The notes beneath the pieces were generated by a model. The model searched no databases. It was not told where the DNA came from and saw only the letters and a program-made list of their open reading frames with translations. From Marsupella aquatica (taxonomy: Eukaryota; Plantae; Marchantiophyta), in NCBI GenBank assembly GCA_973895155.1, contig OZ316896.1, forward strand, positions 22,401,722 through 22,465,721: a DNA stretch of 64,000 nucleotides, in the 5' to 3' direction. Shown in pieces: positions 1-14,169 of this stretch. Position 1 is the first letter of the stretch; each line of letters opens with the position of its first letter. The position numbers were made by a program, and so were the translations under genes.

Positions 1-2026
1 CATTGATCTTTCCCCAGGCATTCGATATGACCAAGAACCTCGTCGTGTATTCATATCATCCACTCTATACTACTTACCAGTTCCCTTCCCCTACGCCTTC
101 CTTATTTCCTTCTGAGGATCTTCATCAATAAGGGCTATTACAGTGTCCTCCCACCTCAAATCTCCAAAGCCCTGACGAATGGAACTGGAAGCTGTAACCA
201 TCATTTAAATCTCAGTGTTAGCTATGTGGCCTTGGACAGGAAGTGAGATCGTTGCTTATATGCCAATGGACCCCCCGAAACCCAAATTTTGCTTTTGATG
301 TCAAAACATTGTCACATGTTTATAGAGCTATTCATCAGATTAAAGAAGATTTTGTGGTGGTGGAAGATCACTGTGTGTGACCAGACTCAAGCATACGAAA
401 TCAGAGGACTTAACTGAGGACTTAACCACTAATACAGTAACTTATGCAGCATCTTATTTCGTTTTGTGAAAACTGTTAACATATTTGTCCCATTGGTCCC
501 TTGGAAGAAGGGAAGGACTGCTATTTCTCAAGGTGGTTAGATTTTGCTATCGCCACTATGTGAGCAATCACTACATTTTGTTATTTTTCGCAACGAGAAA
601 ACTTTCTAATCCGGAAACTCATGACATTTTGTACTGTAAGTGCTTGATTTTGAAAAACTTTGGGAAATTGTTTTACCTCTATTTGGTTACCAAATAAGTT
701 GGCACTCGATTGTTCATGTCTCCAGGTTTGTGCCCTTGGGCACCGTGATATATATTTCTTCATTCTGTGTCACTTGTTGTCAAAAGCAGTCCATTCAAAA
801 GAGTGACTTGTCATCCTAGGTTAAGCAAGGTTGTGGATTGGTTCCTTTTAAAATGTTTTGGAAAAATTGCACAAAAAGAGTCACAACCTTTGCAGATAGG
901 TCTAATACCATATGTTTTTACTCATATTGAGAAGAAACTCTGGGAACAAAACTTGGTTTCAAGTATCTTAATTTTAGTGTCATTTTTTTTCATGAAAACC
1001 CAACTTTCGGATTTCTTTTTGGGCTAGTGAGCATTTGGAGTCTTGCAGATACACTAGAATCTACCTCTTAAAAACAGCTATACATTTGTAGAGGAGGACG
1101 GAGGTAATATATATACACCATGGGAGGCTAGCAACCCTGCTGCAAAGAGGTGCCCCAAAGACTTTTAAATTCACTGATGGACTGCTGTGACTCACAAGGA
1201 ATCGGATTTGCCTGGCTAGCAGTACTTGCTGGCAATACTTGCTGGAAAAATCCCTGTTTACTCACATCTTACAACTTCAATTTTTGTGCCTGCAATGGGG
1301 CTTAAACTGATACCTATGTGTCACCACTCATGTTAACTTTCACTGGGCTGGGCCTAATTGGTGGCCAGCTCTCTTCACACTCTTATCCATGGGCAATATC
1401 TTGGGGCTTATCACTTGCCGCATCAATTTACAGCAGTGTTGGCCTTCATCTAGAATAAGAGGTCACCCCGAGGTGTATGCAAGACTGGAACTGTCTCTCG
1501 GCATTGGAGTGGGGGAGTAAGGGCCATAATGACAGATTGGCCACATGGAACCAGATTCAGGACAGGGGGTGGGTGATGTGGTGTGCGTTGGGAGTGGGGT
1601 AGACTGCCAGTGAGAATTTGGAGTTCCATTGATGAATTTGGAGGGCAGCAATCCCCCACCCCCACCACAATACTTGCAAAACAGACAAGCAAGTGTGGAG
1701 GTGGGATTCAAATCTCTGATCTCCAGAGTGCTCGTAGGCTGTCAAGTCATTCAATCCCTTTCCTTGAGAAAGCCAGCTCAGAACCTTAAGTTGGGTATTT
1801 TGAAATGTCGTAAGTAGTCAAGGACTTGGTGAGAGTAGGGATGTCAAGGCTAGTGCTCTTAGAATGTCAAGTCATTATCCATACTCTCCCCAAGTCCCAA
1901 CTACTTAGGGCATTTCCAAAACCCAAGTTAACCTCTACTTCACAGGGTTGTCGAGTAGTCAACCGCTCTGGATGGAAAGGTCACTTCTGAATATCTCAAG
2001 TAAGGGGAGGATGTCATTGGGACTTA

Positions 2027-2365
2027 GGGCCAACTCGCATGTGATAATGTGGCCCTTTGTGCTCCCAATACTTTCTGGAAAATGTAGCACTTCTATGATC
2101 AGACAATCTGACACAACTCTTGGTCTGCACTTCCCAACTAGGAGAGAGGTTATAACAAGTGTATAGTTTTTTCTGTTTTTCCCACAAGGCAAAGGTCGGG
2201 ACCTGCAAGGGCCGGAAACTTTCTGGTCCTTGCCCTTGGGACACCACAAATTATGCCATCAGGCCTGGCACATGAGGGGGTTGTGCCAAAAAAGTCTTGT
2301 TCATTCACATCCTCACTCAACTCAAGTTAAGGGCTGTTTTCTGAAAGACACATGCGAGTTGGCCC
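2027..2365. mobile_element. Tourist-like (PIF/Harbinger) MITE, 339 bp
   Basis: Perfect 17-bp TIRs GGGCCAACTCGCATGTG (2027) / CACATGCGAGTTGGCCC (ends 2365), flanked on both sides by TTA (2024-2026, 2366-2368). A TWA TSD with GGG..CCC termini is typical of PIF/Harbinger MITEs. Confidence 0.88.
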
Positions 2366-3557
2366 TTAAGGCCATCAAGTACGCATCCATACTTAGCCAG
2401 TTGAGCCATACAAATGCAATTTCAATGCATGTAAAGCCTGCACTGACTGCAACAGTCCAATTAGATTTCACAAGGGCAAAATAATTTTTTAATCCCAAAA
2501 TTTAGATAATTATTTATTTATTGCAGAAACCGAGATGGCACTACTGTCGTCAATTCCTTTTGAGGTTGTTTTTTTGTGTCAGCCAGGGACATGGTTGGAC
2601 GTGAAGCTCTATCTTTCTTTTGCACTCATCAATCACACTTGGCCAATTCTACCCGCCCATGGTTTTTGTCTCTTTATGTCTCATGATGGCTTGCCAGGCA
2701 AGTTGCACTCCCCCTTGCCTTTTTGGCATTGCACTCTTTTGAATTCGGATAAATTCCAGCCTGTGTGGTTATCATAAGGTCCAAAAAAAGTTGCACTTCC
2801 TCCCCAACCAGAAGAGTGCTATGCTGCTGTTGGCAGCCGCTGCTGAATGAGGAAAGAGGTGTGGCCAAAACTGTCCCCCAAAATAGTGGTCAACCAACTG
2901 CCCGAGATCCAAGGGCTATTCTCGCATACTTAGAGGTCTTATTTATTGCCTTTTGTCTGGATTGATTGCTTCCTTCATTGGTTTGCTGAAAGTATTTCTG
3001 TCATCTGCCCAACATTGGCCCGGCAGCAGAAGCATATTCCCCTTCTGATTGTATCATTCGGGGACTGAAAGAGTATTGATAGTTTATCAATTTATTATCA
3101 ATTATAGTTTGGTTTTTTCTAGTTCTCAATGGTTTCTATTTCGAGGGAATGAAGCCATTGGCACTTTGCCAGGCAGGAGGGGAATACAGTGCCTCTCTCC
3201 GTCTATCCAGGGACTGTTCATACCACATGCTTCTTGGACCGTTGTGCAGCTAGAAACAAGTTTACAACAACCCATGAAAATGAAAAATAATATGCAAAGC
3301 TAAGATGTGGGCCCTACCATAGCATACGTAGGTTTTTCACACATTCTCACCCTGATTTTTCGGAAACCCCAAATAATCAAGCCTGGTGGGTCCCCCATTG
3401 CAAGGCCAAAGACTTTGCCCTCTTTTAAGTGCTCTTTGTGCACATGGTTTGAAAAAGTGTAGGCATTTAAAACCATCCAAAACAATACTTTTAACGAAGA
3501 ATTCACTTTTTAGCATCTATCAGGAAGATCTAAAGGTACCTCACATGGAGAGCAGAC

Positions 3558-3665
3558 ATTTTAAGCCACAGCTGCCACTACAAAAGTGGCCCTTGCCCCT
3601 AATTGGCCACTGTTCATTTGCCTAGGTGAACAGAAGACCTACCCTTCAGGCTCTTCCAGTCACTT
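3558..3665 (+). repeat. Dispersed repeat, homologous to ~12585-12630 and ~12865-12965
   Basis: Shared CCACAGCTGCCACTACAAA and CTGTTCATTTGCCT(A/T)GGTGA..CAG.AGAC..CAGGCTCTTC segments between the copies. Confidence 0.75.
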
Positions 3666-5517
3666 CCCATCATAGGACCCTCATACCCTAGAAACTTTTT
3701 GTGTTGAGTTCTTGAAAAGTATGACCTATATTTAGGTGTGTGTTTTGGTGGAATGTAGATGTTGGTGAGATCTACAGCTTGAGCTGCAGATATAACCTAT
3801 GGTGGACTAATGAGAGATGACACTGATCCTTGCCATATTGCCTAAACTCTGAAATGCTATTTCATACACACAAGTGCACTGTGTGAAACTAGTACTTCCA
3901 GTTACCCGTAGTACTGTCTATGCAAAGCTGTGGTTTAAACAAACTTCCGGCACCCCTAACTTGAACTTCACCCGTGGCGATTTCAGTTATGAAGGTTGAG
4001 TTGAACTGGGCCATGTTATCACCCTCACTCCATGTCAAGTTTGCATCCAAAATCAATGAATCCGCATCTCATTCAAACCTTACGGAGTCCTATTCAATGT
4101 AAGGTATTACTTTCCAAAAAGAAAAAGATGGACAGGGATTTTCTTCATTCTCGTGAGGGATCTGCAGTATAGATTGCCCTCGTCTAGGGGGTGGCTCAAG
4201 CTTGAATCTAGAGAGGGATTTAGCAGATGTGGTGGGGAACTTCCCTTGATTCTTCATTGTAATGGTTAGGAACAGGTTCTATATCTCTCTCTAATAATCA
4301 TAAATATTAAGGTATCATTGTTAGATTGCTCCTTCCATTGTCTAGATTTACATATTCTGGTCACTCGTTGCTCATCAAAATTGTTACCTTAAATAGGTGC
4401 ATGTTAGCCTAGAAAGGCCAGGTGATGAAGGGGGCCCTGTTTGTTAATTACCACACAAGAGTCAAGCATTTGCGATTGCGTTTGTGAGGATTGTCTACTT
4501 GTTTGTTGATCAAAGGGCTAGAGTATAGAGCAGTTCACGGCAAGCCCCTTTGGCTGAGTGGAGCAGATTTGAAGAGAGAGGGTCTTTCCTTTCACCCTCA
4601 GGTAAAACAAATAAACTTTTCCTCTATAGCAACAATGCCCAACAAGCACCTTTGGTACCATAGGATGGTGACATTTTGATAATCCCATTGTAAGATTGAA
4701 ACTAGGTGTTGATAAGTTTCTTGATTGTGCATGCTTGACGGGCTTCGGACACACTGTGCTCATGAGAAAACCTGGACTTGCTGCTTGCTGTGTTTAGTGC
4801 TGGTGAATGCAACAAGGACCAGTCATGATTTGCCAGGCCAATTCCCTGTCGCCCCTTGCTTTTCCCTGCACATGGACAGAAGAACTTACTTTTTTACTAG
4901 AACCTCACTTTGATCTAAATTGATCCCTTTAAGGTTTGTTTCATATTGGTCATTAATTGAGGATAACTTTGATTAGTGAGTGAATTGCACACATTGTTTC
5001 TTGTACATCAAGTGTCCTTCAATTATTTTTTCTAGCAAATATCAACGAAAGCTGTTAGGCGCCATTAGTGCAAAAGCTCCGGACAGTTATAGTTGGGCCT
5101 TGCATAATCACGGTGTAGGGAAGCAGCAAGGCCTGATGCCTGGTGCCCAATGCTACACAGGAGAAGCGAGAAGGAGAATGAATAAGGGTTCCCCGTCTTT
5201 GTTTTCCGTTGTTTCATTCAGCAGTATTGAGACACCTCCCTAAACCATGACCACACAGGGCCCAACCACAATTAGCCCTTTACTATACAGATAGAGGATG
5301 GAAGGGAGGCAAAGGGGCGGCAGGTTCTGGTGGCCTCAAGGAGTCCCTTTCAAAACAAGGGGAGTCTTTTCCACTCCCGACCCCCATCAATTATGCTTCT
5401 ATTTAATGGACCCTAAGGTTACAAACATTAAACATTACGGACTACCAAATTCATGATCCATAAAATTGGACCATAACCTAGTAGTTAAGGTTACAGACAT
5501 AACAAGTTATATACTAA

Positions 5518-5951
5518 TAGGGTGTCTCAAAGCTTGACTTTAACAAGATAACTCCCTCCCATAACACAAGTATTATGGGAACTCCCGTAAAAGTTATGGG
5601 AGCCGAACTTTGGCTACCGTAAGGAAAGCTCTCGGGCTCAACACTTAACCCGTAACTTTTTCACAACTCTAGGTGGAAATCCGGAAATCCAGGACTCTGG
5701 AACTCTGGAAAGCTGTGACTGAGGACACGTGAAATTTGCTCATGACCTGGTGATCGCAGCTGCATTTGAGGCGGCAGCTAATCAAGAATTGAAGAAAAAA
5801 TAATATATGTTATGAGACAGTTGAGGCCGGAACTCCTGCAAGTCAATGTTACTTCCCCCCATTTTTCAAATTTTATAACTGGGTCCCATAACTTGAGTTA
5901 TGGATTATATCACAGTAATGTTCACTAATGACCCAGCTTTGAGATGCCCTA
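5518..5951. mobile_element. Non-autonomous DNA transposon (MITE) with TAGGG..CCCTA termini
   Basis: TIRs TAGGGTGTCTCAAAGCT / AGCTTTGAGATGCCCTA (15/17 match); CTAA on both flanks (5514-5517, 5952-5955); internal CCCATAAC/GTTATGGG subterminal motifs. Confidence 0.8.
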
Positions 5952-5987
5952 CTAAATTCATGATCCTTAAAATGTTGTCGTAAAGAT

Positions 5988-6159
5988 GAGGTATTTGTTT
6001 GATAGACCCCCAAAATGAAACTTGATCGACCCCCTGAGGTCTATCAACGGTCCAGATCTGAGATCGAAAGGTTCATCAACGGTCCAGATTGGGGAAAAGT
6101 ATAGAGGAGATTGATTAAGCAAACTTTTTCCAGAAGGGGGTCTATTAGGCATATCACTC
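5988..6159. mobile_element. MULE-type MITE (~172 bp), copy 1
   Basis: Imperfect TIRs containing ATAGACCCCC/GGGGGTCTAT; 10-bp TSD TCGTAAAGAT (5978-5987) / TCATAAAGAT (6160-6169); internal CAACGGTCCAGAT x2; reverse-complement homolog at 32763-32940. Confidence 0.82.
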
Positions 6160-7399
6160 TCATAAAGATTGGTCATATGTTGGGACCATAAATCATTCTA
6201 GAGTCTAATGAAACGAAAATGTTTTTCTTAAACAAAAAATTGTGGCCAAGAAGACTGAGAAATTTTGAGACGCCCTATTGCACTTTTTTTGAAGTTTGCC
6301 CGTTTCCTTGATGGTGTTTTCATTTCCCAGAAATTTGACAATTCTTTGCGAATTTCATGTTTGGCGAAGTTCATTTGAGTCCGACTTACTCTACGAAATT
6401 TACGTCCGCGACAATAAAAACTGCGGTCAGCATTAATGGGAGTCCAAACCTCGAGACGCCTTTTTAGTTTATTTTAGTTTTTATTGAGTTGCCCCCATCC
6501 ATCCATCCGTGGTCCTCCTCGGGACGCGAAAAAGCAAAGAAAGCAGGCCCCTTCTGTTCTGTTGCCCTTATCGGAGAAAATAATAATGCGTTCTTATTAA
6601 ACCAGCGAGCACGAAAGAGGCACTGCCCGAGTGCCCTCCTTGCCCGAATGCCCGGCCCGCTTGCTTAACCACATCATGGGCAGGCATCCAACGAACCGCT
6701 GGTCGGCCACTAGCATCCCCGGGCACTCGCGGGTTCATTTGGCACGCGGGTCGCAAAAAGTTTCTTACCGCCCTGCCTACTAGTCTACACTACTACTCTA
6801 GTCAGAGTGCAGCAGTGCACATGTAGCGCTGCCCGGTCAGGGAGTACTGCTATATTGGGCACATGCGGAGCTGCCCCTTTTAGCACAGTCATCTTCGGCT
6901 TCTTTTCGTTTCATATCCACGTTTTGTAAAATTGTCATTCCCTGCATGGTATACGTATACACATACGTATACCTACGTGGCAGTAGATTCATTGAACGTG
7001 TATGTATTTAGGGAACCGTATGCGGGGTCCCGATACTACTCTCTAAACGATCCCATGTGTAAAGTGCCCCTTTCAAGGGAAAAAAAACCGGCCCTAAATA
7101 AGGGTAGGTGTAGACAGGGTAGGTATATACTAGGGTTTCTCAAATGTTAGAAGATGCTGGCTTTTAGTCGGCCCGGCGGAGAGTTCATGGTGCAGGATGC
7201 ACTAAAAGTGTGTGGTATACCGAGTTGGGGACCGCACTTTTCAAAGGGGCTGTTTTGATGAGGGCGGGCCAACTGGCTACGAGCCCTCTCAAAGTTCAAC
7301 CCCCCCTTGGTTACGCATGCTCGGAAGCCACGTCCCGGCCATAGTTTTGGCCATGATCTTTGCAGTCAGTAGCCAGGACTGCAAACAAGAACTACAGAG

Positions 7400-7541
7400 A
7401 TTGATGACCCCCCAAATGAAGTGTTACTTGATCCCCTGATTGATCCAGAGTTGTAAAATGACCTTACATCAATGTAAACCCAAAACCTCCGGTCCCATCA
7501 AGTAACACGTTTTATTTTGGAGGTCCATCGAGCAAATACCT
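7400..7541. mobile_element. Degenerate MITE related to the 5988/32763 MULE-MITE family
   Basis: Right end TTTTGGAGGTCCATCGAGCAAATACCT resembles TTTTGGGGGTCTATCAAGCAAATACCT (end of the 32763 copy); internal inverted GTGTTACTTGAT/ATCAAGTAACAC; no TSD seen. Confidence 0.55.
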
Positions 7542-9244
7542 TCAGGGTCTGCCCCGGAAAAGTTAAGCTGATCACATTGGGTTGGGCACAGACAAATGGT
7601 GGCTTGCCCTGGATGGTTTATTTAGGCCATAGGACATTTTGAGGGGTTGGTTCATAATTAGTCAGGGGGCAAGTTACCTTAGGACCGATTAGGTGGGCAC
7701 AATAAGTAAATACTTATTCAAAACACAATCTTGGGACAAAATTTTGGGTAGAGTGTGAAACTTGGAAAAAAAAATCCACATTGCATGGCATGTTTTATGA
7801 ATATTCTAAGCATTTGGTGTAAAATGTACCAATGTGTGCAATGTTTTTAGTGTAAGGAATTAATCATACATAAATCATTTACTACATTTTTCTGTAATTT
7901 GGAAGGTTGTGATACTCCATATATTTCTGGGTTGTGATATAAGGAACTTTGCTGGGAAAATTAAAATTGTGCTTCATGATTTTTTAAGTTTGTTGCGCAA
8001 CAAGTGAAATGTCCATGACCAGGATCATGTGAGCCGTTCTTCATTTTGCCTTTCTAAAAGGCCCCAAGTGTCAGATGTTAAGACTGATGGATGTGGCCCA
8101 CGCATCCACGCAAGCTGGTTTTTGTCATTTCATGTGTTAACTTTTGAGAAAACCTTCCTTGAGTTATCCATAAGTTGCTTGTCAATGTGTAATCTTTTGT
8201 ATGCTCTGCCCAAATATTGCAAGTATACAATAATAAATCTTTCGAAGTTAATATACTTCATAAGAAACTATATTGATTGCAATCAGAGAGTTTTGCAAAA
8301 TTGACCATGTGGAATTTATCATCCCTGACACCCAAAACAAAAGATTGGTCTCAAAAACAAGACTGTAGAACACCCTACATGGAATCACAAAGGCAGGAGT
8401 GTTGTAAACTACAGAAATGTACTTCATGAAAGTTTTCAATGACAAATATTGGAGCCCATCAAAATGTTTTTCCTCTTCAAAGTTTCTGTGAACATTCTAG
8501 CCAATGTCTTCCCGCTAATGGAGCTTTAATTTCAATAATTCTATGATACATTTTAAAAGAGAAAAATACTGAAAATAACCATTTTAAAATAACCATTTGA
8601 CACAGCTGGTAGTCACAACGAGAGATTAAGCTTGCAGTATGTAATGCTCACTTGAGAGACTTAATAGTTTGATATCATCACAATATCGCAAATACCTTAG
8701 AAAATAAGTTGAATGTGGTTCCAACAAAGCTTATTGGGTATATTAAATCCCTGGTCCCACAAAGTCCTTTTTTTCACTGTTTTTCATTGTATGTATCTTT
8801 CATGGCCAACTGAAAAGCAGCATAGTAAAATGTATATACACATTTTTTACAGAAAGGGACCAAACAGAGTACAAAAGAACAAACCAAAGAGGGTCCAAGT
8901 GGACAAAACCAAACAGTGAGTGGATAATTTCCCTAAACAACAGGTGTCAGCATTTGACAACCATAGATTGGAAATTATTTTGAAAACACAACAACCATCT
9001 CAGTAAGAAGTAAAGGGTTGTATAATCTCTTCCATTGATAAAGTACACAAAAAAATTGTTCCTGAAAAGCTGATAGCATTCACAAAAACCTTTCATTATG
9101 TGAACACTATCGTTTCTCTTTAGTGGGTTTGGTCAATGAGTGACAAAACCATTGGGTTGGAGATGCTCTAGCTAGTTCATGTATCAATTGGTAAACCTCG
9201 TGCAAATAAAATGATCCTTCTTCCCCAAAGGAGCAACCAATTTG

Positions 9245-9533
9245 GCTGCACTTTGGCTCATTTGCTTTTAGGTCCTAGGTTGGTCCTAGGTTGCCGTTTC
9301 CTGGTCCCTCCTACCCTCTCTATTCTGCCTCCTTCACTCTAGGCGGACGGGTTTGGGGGCCTTTCTTCTCTCTTCCCTGGGTGTGCTCCTGCTCTCAGCC
9401 CCCTTAATTTTTCTTTTCCCCGCCTCCTTCTCATTGGTCGTGTTGTATTGTTCTCCTGGAATAAAGTTATATTGGGTTATAAAAATTAAAAACAAACAAA
9501 CAAACATATTCAATAATGCTAAAACAATTTAAA
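9245..9533 (+). mobile_element. 5'-truncated non-LTR retroelement (LINE/SINE 3' end)
   Basis: 18-bp direct repeat AAAGGAGCAACCAATTTG at 9227-9244 and 9534-9551; pyrimidine-rich body, AATAAA near 9460, then an A-rich/(CAAA)n tail. Confidence 0.8.
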
Positions 9534-12151
9534 AAAGGAGCAACCAATTTGTGATGGGTGGTGAAACCACAATACGAGATCGAGTTGATGATAGATCTTC
9601 AGATAGAGGTCCAAATTCATATACACCGTTACACAACGTCAAGTAGTTTACACAGCTTACAGTAAACAGTAGGCTGCAGCCTATGGCGTACAGTGTGTAG
9701 AGTAAGGAGCATCGTTGAATTTGCGTTACACAAGCTGACTGTCAGGGAGACTGCATACTGACTCAGCCATGATTTGGTATGAAGAGTGTGTAATTAATTG
9801 ACGATCTGATTGCAGGTGCACATGCAAAGGCTTCAGACAATCATTTTCTTTAGACCTATTGGACTAGGAGAGGAGCATCTTGCCTTTTCCCAAAGTAGTA
9901 TTTTACGTAATAAAAGAGAAAATGATGTAACCTGTAACGTCAGCCAGAGATCCTGTAAAAGAATTGAAGTGGTATCATTCTCACTAACACACACTCAGAT
10001 ACTTTTAAACATATTGGGTTTCATTACAAGGTCCCTTTTTTTGTGAAATATCAGGATTTGTTACCCTTCTTAGATTAATTATTCGATGTCACTTTTATTT
10101 TGTCATGACGTCTTGATTGATTTAACCAGCCATGTAGATTCTATGGCCCTGAGATGACACATTGGAGAATGTGACTACTTCCATCATCCTCTAAGCAGGG
10201 CTGGAGGGCACCTTCGGGCGGAGGAGGGCACTCAGGAAACAGGGGAGACTAGGGTGGGGGGTGGACCACTCACAGAGGGCAAAACCCTGCCCTACCGGAC
10301 CAGTAGTGGAGGAATCTGATCTGAGGGTGATGCAAACCATTGGATTATTTAATTCGACAATCTCATGACCATTAGATCACTTCTGGCTAACTAGGGTTAG
10401 ATTACTTACCCTGTGATGAGTAAAAATTTTATAATTCCATATTTCCATGTTTATACTGGGGGCAGGATCTACTTGAAAGTCATTTCCTTCCATTTACTGC
10501 AAAGTTAAAGAGGGATTTGTTTTTACTTTTTGCGTGGAGGGAAAAGGAAGGGAATGTGTTTTTATCCCGCATGTTTTATTCCTCTTTAGTGATCCTGAAT
10601 TAGGCAATATTATGGTCATATATTGGATACTGTGATGACTTGGAATCATATAGTAAATGGGCACTATCTACTCCCACTTACTCATCTTAAGGTTGCTCAG
10701 CTTCAGAGCTGCTTCCCCTGAATGTGACAATATCAGTGTCCGCTTACTCATTTCAAAACTCCTCTTTTGTCTGAAAACAAAATTCTAGCGACTCAGCTGG
10801 TGGAGTACTATCTATGCCAGACATCTGGGTATTGTAGTGCCATCCTTGTTTGCGTAGGGCCTGCATAAATCATAATTGACTTTTATTTCAGGAAATAGCA
10901 CACGCCAATAATTTTTCTCCTGAATTTGTTGTTTAACCATAAAAGTAATGTACAGGCTGAACAGGCAGTCTTTACATCAAAACTATGGTCTATATTCATT
11001 CTTAGTGAGGGTTTACCTATCTTCACTATCGCAGTGAGAAAGATCAAACTAATTCTCTAAGGGTCTGGGTTTTACTTCTGAGACTCTTTTGGTCTTCTGA
11101 GGTTTTGCCCTCTATTGATGCATCGACTAGGCTTTGTTCTGTTGGTTTCCTTTTGAGGAATTCCTCTCTCTTCTGTCAATTGTTTTTGGCAAAGGTAAAA
11201 CCTTTGTAGGAACAATTTGAATAGAATTGAAATGGATGCAGAATCATTTCTATACAAATTGCTATATCCTAACACAGATTTACTCTATCCTTTCCATCTA
11301 TTGACTTAAAAACATGACTTACTAATTCTGTAAAACAAGATTTTGGAACTTATTCTTTGTCCCCAAGGACACTCTACTTTACAATTTGTTTTTATTCTAT
11401 TTTGAAAACATGAAAGGAAACCCTTTTCTATTGTTCATGAATGTTGACTTACAAGTGTCCAAGGTGGACTGCCATGGAACCAAAAAGGATCAAATATGGT
11501 GGTACAGTAGACAAGGTTTTCATTTCATGTACCCACCAAAAAATGTTTGCATAATAAGTTAACAGTGAAAATGAAAATGTACATATTATGAATACCACTT
11601 CCTTCAACCATGCAATTATGTGGTTTTTAAATACTATTGAAACTCTACAGTCCAGTACAGATATCATCATGTACTTGGCCCGAGGATTGCTCTCAAGGTC
11701 TGGCTGGTTCATAACTGAGTGGTAAGTTCGTTCGTGTTTCTCAAATGGGAGAAGTTATTTTTACTTGGTTCTTACAATTAAAAATATCCCAAACATTTTT
11801 TTTTCTCAGTGAATTGTTTCCAGCATGTCCCTTGTACCTAGCCAAAACAGATGACACCAATTTTCAGGGCATTTCGCCTCATATAAAGTTTTGCAGGGTG
11901 TCTGGAATTAGATTTCATTTTCATAAACTACCCCATACTTCCGACCCATGGGAGTGTTCACATTTTCACGGTAGGCAGCAGATAAATAATTATTAGGCTG
12001 TGTTTCTGTATGAACCAAGTTCCCACTAGCGTAGAATGGAACACAATCATTACCATGAAAATCTAAGAATCGGAGGGACAAATTGGCTTCCTTTTAACCC
12101 GCAGCTCTCGTGACAAGTCCAAACACAATTGAAAACAACCCAACAAGCCCG

Positions 12152-12172
12152 CCCCCCCCCCCCCCCCCCCCC
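12152..12172. repeat. Poly-C tract (21 nt)
   Basis: Uninterrupted C run; G-quadruplex-capable on the minus strand. Confidence 0.9.
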
Positions 12173-12687
12173 TATGTGGATAAGGAGACTACAAGATCGA
12201 GTTGACTATATTAACTGTCACCTAAAGTACGAAATGTGGAGAAGGTGATTGGTAGGTAACCTTTGCATCGACAAAGTGAGAGGGCAATTGAGTTAGAGAG
12301 AGATTGTTTGACAGGTTGCCGGTCTTCTGTCTGGATGTGAAGCTTGACCTAATCATATGGGTTGTTTGTTTGTTTGGCATGTGGGAACCAATAAAACCCA
12401 GTAAGGCAGGCCTGAGGCTTTTGTTAGATACATCCGGAGTTTTTTAATTTGTTCGTATCTTTGGATTATTTTGCTTGAGGTTCTTTCTGACAGGTGGGGA
12501 AGCAGGTCAACTGTAGCAGCCTGCGTCACCCTCTTCCACAAAGGACCTCGTTTAGGACCAGAAACGATGTTTGGTCCTAGTGTCTTTCAAACCACAGCTG
12601 CCACTACAAAGAAGCCTTGCTCCTAATTGTATCTCACCCCTTTTCCACTAAGGACCTTGTTTAGGACGAAATTAGATTTGGTCTTAT

Positions 12688-12859
12688 TAGGGAGTGTCAA
12701 ATTTTTCCTGTAACACTTCTAATATGGCTTCTTCTTCTTTTTATGTATCACCCTTATGGGGTATGTATTTTGGTAACCCATAATGATTTTATCTGGTCAT
12801 AAGTGCATTTTATGTACTGAATTGTAACTCAGATACAAACTGTGCTTTGACACGCCCTA
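12688..12859. mobile_element. MITE of the TAGGG..CCCTA family, copy 2
   Basis: TIRs TAGGGAGTGTCAAA / TTTGACACGCCCTA (13/14); interrupts the second copy of a local duplication (12534-12630 vs 12643-12687 + 12860 onward); TSD ambiguous. Confidence 0.75.
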
Positions 12860-14169
12860 CTGTCTTTTAAACCACTGTTGCCTTTGAAAAGGAACCTTGC
12901 CACTAACAGTCCGCTGTTCATTTGCCTTGGTGAGCAGTAGACTACCTTGCAGGCTCTTCTGCTCACATCAGAGCATAGTTCCTACACATCATAGTATATT
13001 GGGATGAGGTTTTTGGTGGAACTGGGTCTCACCAAGATCTACTATTGCTCACTATGGTGAACTAATGAGATGGCACTCCTACTACTCCTACTCAAAATAC
13101 TCATGCTCTATTTATCCTCCCTCGTTGAACCCAGGTTGCAGTCATCATTCCAGATGGAAGAGATCCGATAAAGGGATCGAAGAAAAAGGAACCCAAGGAA
13201 GACCAATTAACCAAATGTACATCCTAACTAGGATAACAAAGATATAGTGTACAAAGCTTCATACAAAAAGCAGGGTGGGATCTTGTCGAGTTCAAAAGGT
13301 TGGGGATTCCATTCAAGCACTCACTGTATCAACTTCAAAAACACTTAGGAAGATTTTCTTAAATTATTAGTATTAATGAAGAAAAGACCATGGACTATAT
13401 AGTATGCAATCCTGAATCTTGAATGGTACATTTTTTGATGTAAATCTTATGTAAACCTTTTTTCTCCTACATAAGATATCTGACTTTGCATGAGATCTAT
13501 TAAAACATGTATTTTAAATATAGTAGGATTCCTGAGCAAAGTGAGGGCTCCAGGCAGACAATAGAGTTTCTTGTCCATTGTGTGTAGACAGAAGCAAAAG
13601 GTGACAGGGGACAACAATTGGTGAAGTGAAATGTCCCCTGCAAGACCCTAGGGTGAAATGGGAAATGGAACTGACGAGGTGACAAGGGATATGGCCAGGT
13701 GAAGCAAGATGTACAAATGAAAATAATACACATTTTGTGTCATAAACTACGAGTGTGTATATTTTTCACTCCACTTTGCCCGGATTACCATAATATGATA
13801 CTAGAAGAATAAATTAAATTTTCATGCAAACAGTAAGCATTCAAAGAGTAAATCTCATTCAAGTTTATGGGTTGGATAGAAACATATTCCGAACCGATGA
13901 TTCCAATGTTTTATTTTGTTTCAAAAAATTTGAGTACAAAGGTTGATTGCCCAGGTTTAAGATGTTGTAATCTATCCTATATTCCCATATCTTAGTCTAC
14001 CATTCATGACCTAGTTTGCAGAATGAAGTAGTAGGCCAGGATTCTTGGAAAATAAATAAATTTGATATTTATTTACTCTGGTCACACCTAATTTGAATGT
14101 TTAGATTCTGCTTGTGTGTAGGACCGGTTTGGGACACTGAAATATTCTTACGCATGGGTACTCTGGCCA

